Assembly (NCBI GenBank): GCA_010015805.1
Contig: ML978129.1
Coordinates: 1,488,001 to 1,552,000 of the forward strand
Length of the DNA: 64,000 nucleotides
Direction of reading: 5' to 3'
DNA from: Rhizodiscina lignyota
Lineage: Eukaryota
Shown: positions 11,611 through 23,370 of the stretch, piece after piece
How the letters are laid out: every line of letters starts with the position of its first letter
Numbering within the stretch: the stretch's first letter is position 1
Notes under the pieces: model-generated
The model's input: only the letters and a program-made list of their open reading frames with translations
The model's database searches: none
Told to the model about the DNA's origin: nothing
Position numbers and translations under genes: made by a program

Positions 11611-13181
11611 CTAGGCCCTCTTCAGCGTCCTCGGCAACACCAGCACCCTCCTGCTGATGTATGCCACGAAACTCTCCATCTCCTCCCTCGAGATGAGCTC
11701 TATCCTCACCTGAGGATATCCTTGACCCTCACCTCCCATCTCCACCACGGGCAGGTCAGACCGCATCGTCTTCAGGTGGAGGTGGATGTGGAGGAATGGA
11801 TGGACCGCTGGCAGGTCCAGTGCGAGGGCGAGAGACTAATTGGGTCTTTGCGTAATGAGTATGGACTACACATGTATTTAGAAAGAGTGTTACTTACGGA
11901 TGGGGGTCCTGGAGCCAAACGCCTCAAGGGGCCAGAGACGTATCGAGCATGTAGAGGACCATGGGGAGCACGTCGCGTTACTGGTCGGCCTCGCGCTCTC
12001 TTCTGGCCCTGAATAGCAGGCGTCATGGTCGGAACAGACGGAGACGGTGCCTGAATAGCGGGCGTGGATAGCTGAACAGACGGAGTGGGTGCCTGAATAG
12101 CGGGCGTCGATATCTGATCAGCAGGCGCCGATGGCGGAACCGAGGGAGTTGATGTCTGAACAGAAGCAGCCGAGGTCTGAAAGCGTGAATTTCCAGCGCT
12201 CTTGTCCATGTCCATAACATCATCATCAGACTCGATGGTGTGATACACGCGTCTGTTCTTGCTAAAGGTGTCGCCCCTCAGTGCATTACTCAGGGCATTG
12301 CGCAAGGCCTCAGTTTTCTCGGCCTCTTCCTTTCTCATACGACGTTGAGAAGCTGATGCCGGATAGGTGCGCACTCCACCACTCTTGTAAACGCGACTGG
12401 ATGGCGCGACTGGATGAGTGATGGGACTTCCAGGGGGGGTGTAGCTTCGCGGAGTGCTGTGCACAGTCGTCGACATATAGCGTGCCGGGTTGATAGGAGT
12501 CCAAGCAGAAGGAGTGAACACATTGGAGCGCAGTTGTTCAGCACCATTGCCTGCAGAGGTAGGAGGCGCCAGCCCATGACCAGTGTTGCCTATAAGGGCA
12601 TCATCTCTAGGCGTGTTGCTTCTCGGAGTGCTGTACACAGTTGTCGGCATAGGGTGTCCCGGGTTGATAGGAGTCCAAGCAGAAGGAGTCCAAGCAGAAG
12701 GAGTCCAAGCAGAAGGAGTCCAAGCAGAAGGAGTCCAAGCAGAAGGAGCGAACACGTTGGAGCGCAGTTGTTCAGCACCATTGCCAGCAGAGGCAGAAGG
12801 TGTCAGCCCATGACCAGTGTTGCCCATAAGGGTATCATCTCCAGACGTGTTAGTCGACGCGACAGGGGGACCCAAAAAGCCCCAGGAGTTACGAATTTTC
12901 TCGATGGTGGCGGCCACGTCCGCAAGACATACGTTTGGCGTATCGTCGGTAGCGAGAACAGACGTCCACGTCAAACGATGGTTGCGCGCTTTCAGGAGTT
13001 CATCACGGGCGGTGGTGAGGTCGGGTTGGATGGAGGAGAGCCTCCACAGTGCAGAGGTAAACCGCTCGGAAAGATCTGAAGCGAAAGGTGGTCGATGGGT
13101 GCTGGGAATGGCGCCATAAGCAGAAACACCCCAAACTAGTATGACACGATTGGCATCTCGTTCAGTGATATCGGCCGCCAT
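11611..13181 (-). CDS. Hypothetical repeat-containing protein (~502 aa, 2 exons)
   Basis: ORF from ATG 13181. A predicted intron 11897-11836 (GTAAGT..TTAG, phase 0) joins a 75-codon last exon ending at TAG 11611. Contains internal Pro/Ser/Thr-rich repeats. Confidence 0.65.
12008..12150. repeat. 42-bp coding tandem repeat (~3 degenerate copies; PAIQAPTPSVQLST-like)
   Basis: CCTGAATAGC(A/G)GGCGT at 12008, 12050 and 12092. Confidence 0.85.
12444..12840. repeat. 174-bp (58-aa) internal tandem duplication
   Basis: 12444-12606 versus 12618-12840, encoding DD.L.GNTGHGL.P..SAGNGAEQLRSNVF.PSAWTPINP...TTV.STPRS twice. Confidence 0.9.
12670..12748. repeat. Perfect 15-bp minisatellite (GGAGTCCAAGCAGAA)x5 encoding (PSAWT)x5
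   Basis: Five identical copies at 12670-12744 plus a partial copy. The sister duplicate has only one copy. Confidence 0.97.
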
Positions 13182-13489
13182 GTTCTCTGCGCGTAGAGGT
13201 TTGTTTTGTCGAAGATGTTGTGGCTATAGTATAGCGTGAAGGGAGAAAGACTCTTCGTGGGGCGAGGTTTGTGAAAGAAAGATCTCTGAAAGAGAAGTTT
13301 TATAGTAGTTGTGTAGAAAAAAAATACGCTTTCTTGGCATGGTGTTGACTTGCTGTTAACTTGGTGTCAACACCACCCGCGCACGTGCACGAACGACACA
13401 AGCCGCAAGAAGCCGAGGATAGTGGCAGAGTAATCCGAGAATATCCAGAACGGACTCAAGAATCTTTATAATGTCTTACTCGCCCATTC

Positions 13490-14974
13490 TCACAGCTTTT
13501 TACAATAGTCCCTACCATGTTCAACCTGATAATTGCATAGCAGAACCTCTAGAATCATGCCCAAAAAACTCGCAATGCATATACCGCCCGAGTCGCTCAC
13601 AGTTGTTACACTCAAACTAAACTCCCTGTCTTCCTTGGGCACGTTATCCGTGATCTCGGCAAATGTACTCACATAGACCAAACCACCAAGCAAGCCCTCC
13701 CAGAAGACGATCATAAATACGATCCAGACGTTGGGCAGAAAATTGAACACTGCATGGAGTGTAAGCAGGATGAGATTGAGCAGCTGAAGGATGGAAGGCG
13801 TATATAGCCTGTGAATGCGAAAGAAAGGGGTCGACGACCGGGATATGAAGACGCCGAATTGGTAGATTGCATTATAGGCCGGGTAGAACTCGCGGTAAGC
13901 TTTGAATGGGGTCTTGGAGAGGGGGAATAGCAGTGTGGGCGCAACTCCTTGGTTGATGGTATACTCAGATATGTAGACAAAGAGGAGTGGAATCATGCTG
14001 TGCGATTATTAGCGCCATCCGATCGTCCTTGGCACTCTTCTTTGCTTACTATGGAACAAAAAGTCCTCTAGATCGAATGAGGTTGCCCTTGAATCGATCC
14101 CAGAAGCCCTGGGCCGAAGAACCAACCGAAGTAAAACTCCGTCCCGAGACTGAGATCACGGAAGCACTCAGTGGCCCATCCCGCTCATCTATCAGATCCT
14201 CAGTTGACAAGAGGCCCTCTGTTGCGTCACCGTCTTCAGAGTCGTCATCCCTTACAGCACCATAGGCGCCGCCCGGAGTTCCAAATTGCTTCAGCGGTTC
14301 TCGCGGCAGCACTACGAAGAAGCTCCACAGCATGATGACCGGGAAGAAGGCAGAGAGGAGGAGCGTGAAATGCACACTCAATCCCAGAGTTGTTGTTGCA
14401 AGCACATACGCTCCTGCGCCTATGAGCCCCGCTCCTCCTGTTCCTGAGCCCCACGCTGCGAGACTGAAGTGTCCGTAGTAATGTGTCAAAGCCAGGAAGC
14501 TGAGCTCCCCACCACCACTGGCGAAACTAGCCAATGCGATTGCAAGCATCTTGGCAGTGATTGCGCCTCCATCGTGTGAGTCAGGAGTGTAGACAATGAT
14601 GAACATGCCACATATCGAGCCTGCGACCACCACGAGGATACGTATCGAGTATGCGACATTTTGGATGAAGTAAGGCGCGATAAGCTTTGTCAGGAAGCCG
14701 GGGAGCACATTGGCCAGGAGAACGACGCCCTTTGGAACAGACGGACCAACGAGATCAAGGGCGGCAGAGAGGATGATGACGTAGAGTACGTTGTTTATGA
14801 GCCCTAGATGTATCTTGTTGGTCGCGTGACAAGGACAGATCGAGGCAATGATAGCAACATACCGAAGAGCCAGAACGCTACGAACACTCTTGGGTCTGCA
14901 CCTTCGAATGTCGACTTGACGCGCCGTCGATATATATCCCATGAGGCGGATGCAGAGCCAGGCCAGGGAAGCAT
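13490..14974 (-). CDS. BTN1: Btn1/CLN3 (battenin) vacuolar membrane protein
   Basis: Exon 1 MLPWPGS...VAFWLFG joins [55 protein letters not shown] and WEGLLGG are CLN3-family motifs; 2 introns. Confidence 0.95.
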
Positions 14975-15539
14975 ATGGGAGACGAGGTCGCGAGGCTCAG
15001 CTTAAGGCGGACAAGGCAGGGAGAAGCGAACAGCTCGCATCGCCAGTTGCGGGGGAGGCGTGGCTAGGCGGCTTTGTAGGCTTTGATAAGTGCAGGTATG
15101 CGGAGTCTTTGCCGCAGAGAGACAAAGTCAGCGGATAGGTGCGCGTGGGCAGATGACGATGCAGTTCGTCAGGGCGATGTCCCCCTTGCCTGCGGCTAAT
15201 GCCACTCGGCGTGCATGACTCGGTCGATCAGCGTCGCATCGCGCTGTGAATCCTTGCTCCTTTATTAGTAGCTGGCAAGTGCGTGCGAGCTAGCGAAGCA
15301 TTATCCTCACCTCCACTTTGCTTTCCCGCTCTCTTCTTCAGACATTCCACCTCCAGGCAATCCGCGCCGCGAGCTCTGCACATCTATGCCGTGCGCTCCT
15401 CGAGCCGCACCTCCCTGTTTCACCGCCGCGCCTTGCACCACATCATGTTGCTCGTCCCCTTGAGCTGATCCTGCCCTCCTCCACATCCTCTGCACGCACA
15501 CTCCGCTGCTCCTCGCCCTCCATCGCCCTCAGCGTCAAG

Positions 15540-18500
15540 ATGGACAGGCACTCGCAGCTCCCCTTCTCGAGGCCTTCTGATCGAATGATCAACAACCCGA
15601 ACCACCAGGGCTCGGCGCAACAGCACACGACGCCGTACTACTCGTCGAGCGCGTCCCAACCTCCTCCGGTCCACGTCCCCTTCTCAGACCCCTTCCGACG
15701 AAGCGATCCATTCCTACCAGGCGCGCATACTTCACGACGAGACACATATGGATATCAGAGCAATGAGGGACACGCCGGCCCAGCTGGAGAGCGGCATGGA
15801 CTGGCAACGAGCTGGGGTTCAAGCGCAGGTACGGATAAGGTTTTTCACATGTTTCAAGACCACAAAAATGCGCATCGCATGGCCGGCACAGCCAGCTGAA
15901 CGTTGTTTACGCGTAACATCGACCATGGCCTGTCAAAGATGGCCCACGGCGCTTTGCGATTGCCTTGAGAAAGGCATGCGCGGTGCCCGGTACCGGTGTG
16001 TCGTGTATGCACGCTCTGCTGGCTGTCGCAGGACATGCTCGATGTGTTGACCTGTCGTCTATTTGCACATTCTTCACACCCTGCACGCAATACCCGTCGA
16101 TTCTTCGCAGCGACGCTCTTTCGTGCTTTTGCAGCGCCAAGCTCCAGCACGGCATTCTCGCCTTTCGCTTGCGCACGGGCCCTGGCTCCTCCCGACCCGG
16201 CGTCACGCTAGCTGCCAGCGCGCGCCAACAACCACTGACGTATCTGCTGACACATGCGCGCGCCAAACAGCAGCTCAGGGACAGCAGCTCCCTGCCCATC
16301 ACCCCTCATATTCCACGGCTCCTCCACCACCCCCGTCTATCAATTCCTCGACAAATGGGCCTGCCCACATGTACGGCTATGATCCATCCCGCCGTCGCTC
16401 GCTCGGAGGTGGCAGCAGTGGTAGTCCGCAGAGCTATACGCCCGGTGGTACGCGTCTCCCGTCCAAACTCCCAAGAAAAAGCAAATCTAACGTGTCTACA
16501 GCTCCACTAGATGGCCCACCACCACCTCCCACCTTTGCATCTCGACAGATGCCTCCTCCGTCGCCTCCACAGCCGCCTCCCCCGTCATTTGCGTCCCATC
16601 AGTCCCACCGTCCTCCACCCCCACCACCCTTCTCCACCGGTCGCGACCTGCCCAGCCTCGGTTCGGTACACCGTCCAGGCTTCTCGATCACGTCAATCTT
16701 GGGGGGAGCGATAGGATCACCAGCTTCCTCGAATGCGCAGACAGGCAGACGTTCCCCTCCACCACCATCTAACTCATCTCCTGCCGGAAGGCCAATGCGC
16801 CCGCCATCACCACCCCGCTCGAGCTTGTACAATAACAGGAATGAGTATGGAGGATGGAGGCGGCCACAGACTCCTGAGCGGATAACGACAAGCTCAGCTC
16901 CGCGACCTGCAGAGCCGCGTCCATACTCTACAAGTTCGCCGCAGGTCTTCGGCACGACTGCAACGTCGCCGGAGTACAGCCATCCACCAACTTCGCTACA
17001 CAGATACAGTTCCTCGCATTCCTCTGATCGACCTCTGGATCTTGGCAATGAAGGCAGAAGCGGCCCCCATCCATGGCGAGTGGAACATACTGCACCACCA
17101 CGGCCAAACAGCCAGCCAGCTTCTGCACTTGGAATGCCTCCTGCAGGGGCTTCACGCGATCTGCTGGACACGGGTAGGTACAGGCCTCCAATGTTTGGAG
17201 CGTCTAGTGCAGAACAGCGGAGGGTTGTCGACGAGGAACAGCAGCGTGTCAGATCAATCTCTGACCCTCGAGCAGGAGAGCGTGATAGGCCTGTTACAGC
17301 CCACCCATTAAGTGGTTCTGCATACAGTCCTCCTGTTAGCCAGAGATATGGCGGTACACATCATAGTCCAACCAGCCAGCTGCAACATAGCCCTCACGAA
17401 CGTACAGCAGAGATCAACTCCTTCACCAATGGCCGGCAAAGGCCTGAAGAAGTCATCCATCCTTCTCCATACGGCGGTTTCAGAACCCATTCGACAATCC
17501 CTCCAAATACATCATTCGGAAACTCAACTTCAAATTCTCCACCAAAACCTAGCTATAACTCTACTCCGCAGCCCATCGCTTTTAGTGAGCCTCGTCACCA
17601 TCCGACCGGGCCATTTTCCAGAGCAGTGGATGCATACCAGAGTAGGCCGACGAATGGTCTTGATGGACGTACAGAAGAGATTCTCGGCCCTGCTGTGGAC
17701 AGTCAACCTCGATCACATCCGTATGAGCAGCCTCACTCTCGTCTAGGGGAGGAGATTCAACATCAAAGATCATATCTCAATGTCAGCCCAGAGACAGTAC
17801 GCAGACAGCTGGGACGCGCATCTCCTTTACCACAGGCCGTTCAGGGTGCATCAGCGCAGCGCAAAGGCCCAGGAGCTGATCCAAGCATCAAGGATGAATT
17901 CGGTCGCATGTTCGCAGGTCTTGGCAGTGGCCTTACGAGTGGTCCTGGCGGCAACGGAATTTCAACGCCATCGCGTGGAAGTCCCCTTCCACAGACACGG
18001 CCGGATAACGTAGAGACAAATATTGCAGATCTCGACCTGCAGATGGTTCGCTCTGGATCGCGTGGTATGAAGAAAAACAAGCGCCTCAAAGATGAGGATA
18101 GTAGGGTAGATGGCGAGATGGTTGATCGTGCAGGAACGCCATCTGGTGTGAAGCGCGCCAAGCATGCGCACCATCATCACCCGCATATTCTTCAGTAAGT
18201 CGATTTTTCAGTCCAATTTCCGAAGAGCGAGTGAGCTAATTGCCACCAGCCACCACCATCACAAGCCTGAAGACGAACTTACCTCACAGCCGCGCAGCTC
18301 CACGCCAACGGCATTCACGAGCAAGCTCAGCACGTCCCTCAATTCGACGCTACCGCAAACAAGCACTTCAGTGGTGCACCACCATCACTATCCACCACAC
18401 GCTCACAATCACACTCACCAGCATCTCCATCATCACCATGGTAATGCAGCGCCGAAAGCGCCAGAACCTGTTGCTGTCGCCGCGCCGCCTCCACCGAAAC

Positions 18501-19426
18501 GTAAGGTCACCATCAAATCGAAAGTCCTGCTCAACTCGGTGGCTCACCTCCCTCGTTCGCACCTGGGCTCGAAGCTCTACACTGTGGCATACGAATTGCC
18601 TGCGCGTTGTTCGACTTCCTTGTTCAATGTCAATGCTGGACCTCTTGGATCGTCTGACAAATTCGGATATACGATGAAGCCAGAGCCCATACCCCGGTTC
18701 GAGGAGGAACAAGCAAACTCCACTTTTACGATTCGGGTGCCAAGAGCATACCTTGTGTCAGACAAGCGTGAGGAGATCACGCGCCGCCGCTTCCTCTGGG
18801 GCGCGGATGTGTATACTGACGACACTGACCCCATTGCCGCCGCCATACACGCGGGCTGGATCCGCGGCGAGTGGGCGCAAGACGTTGATGAAGAGATGCT
18901 CGAGCTCGCCTCTGGTACCGCTGAAACGGACAAGCCGTCTCGTGGAAGAAAGGCTGTCCAGCCAGAGATGGAAATTCCCAATATAATGACCGAGCCGCTA
19001 CCCACGGGCCCGATTGTGCCGCCGAAAGACATGGATGCGCACATCACGGTGCTACTTTTACCACCGCTACAGAAGTATGCAAGTCTGACGAGAAACGGGA
19101 TTAGGAGTCGGGAGTGGGGTGGTAATCATGATGGATTGAGCTACATGCTGTTGAGGATTGAGTGGGTTGACGAGGGCATCTGGGGCGGTAGCAGGGGTGA
19201 AGAACGCAGTGGCAAGGCGAGGAGGAAGAGATTGGCGGACTTGGCGGAGGAGAGACTGAGGCTGGAGGAGATGATCCAGAAGGCGAAGGAACGAGAGAGG
19301 GACAAGAAGGGGAAGAAGAAAGGAGATGTACAAATGAACGGCAACGAGAAGGCGGACGATGGAGCGAATGGGACCAACGGGATCGATGAGGGCGGCGCAG
19401 TGAGCACCGCAGAGGTTGTTGGTTGA
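15540..19426 (+). CDS. RXT3: Histone deacetylase complex (Rpd3L) subunit Rxt3
   Basis: C-terminal Rxt3/LCCL-like domain LWGADVYTDDTDPIAAAIHAGWIRGEW...LLPPLQKY...GIRSREWGGNHDGLSY. Long Pro/His-rich N-terminus. Introns at about 15829-16270, 16448-16501 and 18195-18249. Confidence 0.88.
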
Positions 19427-20150
19427 TTCACGGCTGCACAGCTTTGTCCTTATGAGAGGTGTATGCGTGGATTGCGTATATGCATTCGGCCAGTTGAAAC
19501 AGCCATTCTTGTTATCTGGGAGGCTTTCTTTGTACAGCATAGCGAGCAGTATACCCGACAATCACCACTTCTTGATTGAGCAATTCAGCCAAACTTTGTC
19601 GTGTAGACATTATTCTATATAACTATAAGCGTTACTTTGCATCTGACTTTGTGATACATCGGAGCTTGTACCCCTCTGTCGGGCAAATGGGGCGAAAGGC
19701 CCAGAATTCAGCAGACAAAGCCAAGGTTCCAATTACCGTCGCTGTGGCGCTGCAATACGCCACGCTGCTGCAGAGTGAGTGTGCTTTTTACGTTGGAGAG
19801 GTGCATTTCGCCATAGCCATGCGTGATGCTTATCATAGCGCTGAAGCCAGGGGTACGTATCCACTCACACCCGTCCACTCACGTCCAGCCTTAGCGCATT
19901 CGCCATTCGCTGAAGAAAGGCTCAGTAATTTTTATATCAAGAGCTTTCGTCTCATCCCCGTCGCTTCTCGAATTCTCCTCTGCGCCGTGAGGCAACCTGT
20001 CTGCGAAGACAGCGTTGACCTCCTGAGCCCCTTTCACCAACATCTCTGCGATCTCTTCGGACTCCCCCCACGGAAAAGAGTCACACACCGCGATAAACAT
20101 TGAAAGGACAAGTTGCACGCGACTCCTCACGCTTCTTCTCAAAGGCAACA

Positions 20151-22554
20151 ATGGCGGTGCCAAATTACTCAATGAGCTTTGTACGTGCACATTTCATCAC
20201 TTTACTCCTGCCACCTCGACGCGTGCCCATTCATCTTCCCTGATCTTCACCTTTTCACATGCGCTGCTCTCCTCTGCCCGTCTCGTCCCATCCCAGCTCC
20301 GGCTCTGCCCGACGCGCCATCTGCGCCGGAACTTCCCGCGGCGCGCTTGGACAACGTCATTTCAGTGCTGGCCGCAAGAGGGGGTAAAGAGGAATGCGAG
20401 CACGAGATCAGCAAACGCCTGTGCGACGACCGTTACAATTGCATTGTTTGCAACGCCTGCGGGGCCCGAAAACAACGCCATCCTGCTCAGCGTCCTTTGA
20501 AGAGCGAGGAAATCGAGCATTGGGCGAAATTTCCCATGGGCGGCGTGCTGGAGCTCGATATCCGCCGATCCTGCATCTTCGGTAATTCTAGTCCACATCC
20601 TGGCCCTGCGTGAGCCGAAAAGTTCACACCACGAGACCTCGCACCCCAGCATCGACAAGTCTTCGGTCTGCCTTGGACAGAATAGTGCGTGAACCTGTCC
20701 ACGACAAACGCGAGCAAAAAAGACACGCAGCCAGATCGATTGCGGAGAAACAAGCCGTCCACGAAGGGCTACCCGATACCTTCCTCTTGCCCGCGCACCA
20801 CCTTGTTGGACCTCGGCCTGAAATAGAAGGCGCGTTGCGTGAAGCTCGAGAGCTTGGGCAATCACAGCAGAGACATTGCAAAGGCAATTTACACTGCTGT
20901 AGCAAAGGAGCTGTAGGATTGCACTGGAGTCGTGCTGCCGCCTGGGAATCGACTGACACCACGCTCATTCGCGGATTCACCCCACCACATCGAGCCTCTG
21001 CACACATACACTCTTTCCTTAGCTTTTATTTTCCTTTAAGGACGGCGGCCGGCCGCGATGGCGGTGAACGGCGTGTACAAGCCGGACATGAACCGCGTCC
21101 CGACCGGCGAATTCTTCTTGCCCAGCAGGCGGACTAACGGCTTTGGTGTTCAGGCTGAAGATACGAAGATATGTGTTATCATGGTCGGCCTGCCGGCGCG
21201 AGGGAAGAGTTTAATTGCGCAGAAAGGTATGTGATGCTACTCTCTACCTCTGACTGTCTTTCATCTTCGTCCGGCTGACTTGTGCTGTCGCTGCAGTCGT
21301 TAGATACCTCCACTGGCTCTCCATCAAAGCGAAAATCTTCAATGTTGGACAGTACCGCCGCACCGCAACACCAAATCCTACCGCTGAGTTCTTCGACACG
21401 TCGAACTCAGAGGGCGAGAAGCTGAGGATGGCGGCGGCGGAGGCAGCAGTCAGCGACATGTGCAGATACTTCGCGAACGGAGAGGGACTCATCGCCATCC
21501 TAGATGCCACAAACTCCACAAAGGCGCGACGGCGCTGGGTGCAAGAGCGATGTCGGTCGGAGGGAATAGAGACATTATACGTGGAGTCGAAATGCGACGA
21601 GGAATCGACGATAATGAGCAACATTCTAGAGGTGAAGACGACGAGTCCAGACTATGTAGGCCAGGACCCAGAGGTCGCAGCGCAAGACTTTCGGAACAGG
21701 ATACGCAATTACGAGAAGGTGTATCAGACCATTGACGAGGATGAGAGCGATATGACGTATGTGAAGCTGATTGATGTGGGCCAGAGGGTTATCATCAATC
21801 AGATTCAGGATTATTTGCAGAGCAGAGTGGTGTACTATCTCATGAATCTGCATATTAGGCCGAGGTCAATATGGCTGTCAAGAGTATGCGATCTCTTTGC
21901 GCACCCATTGTTTCGTAGTATAATGAAGTCGACTCTAACATTGAGCAGCACGGAGAATCGAAATATAACCTCGAAGGCAAGATCGGCGGCGACGCAGATA
22001 TCAGCGATAGAGGCGAGCTATACGCGAAAGCGCTACCAGGTCTCGTGAAGAAATCCGTCGGCGACAACCGCAAACTCACAGTATGGACGTCTACACTCAA
22101 GCGCACCATCCAAACCGCGCGCTTCCTCGAGTTCGAGAAGCTGGAGTGGAAAGCGCTCGACGAGCTCGACAGCGGTGTGTGCGACGGTCTAACCTACGCG
22201 GAGATCGAAGAGCGCTACCCGGATGACTTCAAACAACGCGATGAGGACAAGTACAACTACCGCTACCTCGGCGGCGAGAGCTACCGCGACGTCGTGATCC
22301 GGCTGGAGCCCATTATCATGGAGCTTGAGCGCAGCGAGAACATACTGATTGTGACGCACCAGGCGATTCTACGGTGCATCTATGCGTACTTCATGAACGT
22401 GCCACAGGAGCGCAGTCCGTGGATGGAGGTCCCGCTGCATACGCTCATCAAGTTGACGCCCAAGGCGTATAGTACGCAGGAGGAGAGACTGAAGGCCGAT
22501 ATCCCGGCCGTCAGTACTTTCAGAGAAAAGGGGAGCAGCGCGAAGCATCAGTAA
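20151..22554 (+). CDS. FBP26: 6-phosphofructo-2-kinase/fructose-2,6-bisphosphatase
   Basis: P-loop MVGLPARGKS, FNVGQYRR, LDATNST, phosphatase RHGES, GESYRDVVIRLEP. Predicted first exon 20151-20180 (MAVPNYSMSF) spliced to 21154; an alternative ATG lies at 21058. The 5' end is less certain than the body. Confidence 0.9.
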
Positions 22555-23370
22555 CTGTGTCGCTGGGGTATTTCAATTGCATGACGGATGGATATTGGAG
22601 GAGGTGAAGCAGCGCGAAGCATCGGTGAATGCATGCCGCTGCATCTTGGGTATGTCCATTGCGCGGTGGATAAAGATACGAGGGATGAGTTTATGATAAT
22701 GAACGGATCTGCAAAAGAGAGCTGGAAAATCGAGCAATCGCAATGGACCAGGAGTTCACAAAAAATGGATGTTAGAGACTTGTGCAGCAAAAGCGGTCGT
22801 CGGCCTCGCTGCCACCCCTCTTGCGAGTAGCGGAGACCGTTTGGCGAGGAAGCAACCCACACCCTTCACCACAACATACTCAATTGTACAGTACCATCTC
22901 CCCCATGAAAATACACTCATAATCCCACCTTTCTTCCATCTCGTTAGATGCGCGAAGACGTGAGGTTCAGCGTATAACACCTATTGACACGTTTGGTGTT
23001 CGTGTCGTGATTTCTTCATATATATATTTCTACATCACGACTTCTACATTGTTTCTTCCATCGCCCTTTCTGCATTGGACATCCAACTCTCAATCGTGGA
23101 CACAGCTTTTCGAACAGAATTTTCTGACTCCCGGCTCTCCACCACTTAATCCTGTGAGTACTCATTCCTAGGGAAGGAGAGGCCATTTCAACAGTCCATC
23201 ACAACCAGCCATCACCTCCCTCGCTCTATCAAATCTTCCAACATCTCATCTCTGACCGCGACAGATCCACTTGTATGTTGCAGCAGATGCTCGAAGCACA
23301 GCTCAGCTCATCATCGAAACCTAATATCCGCGATCAAACCTTCAACAGTGTCTAATACACTCACAACATT

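Noticed and set aside
12670..12748. Direct repeat array as a CRISPR
   Set aside because: Head-to-tail repeats with no spacers, in frame inside a eukaryotic ORF.
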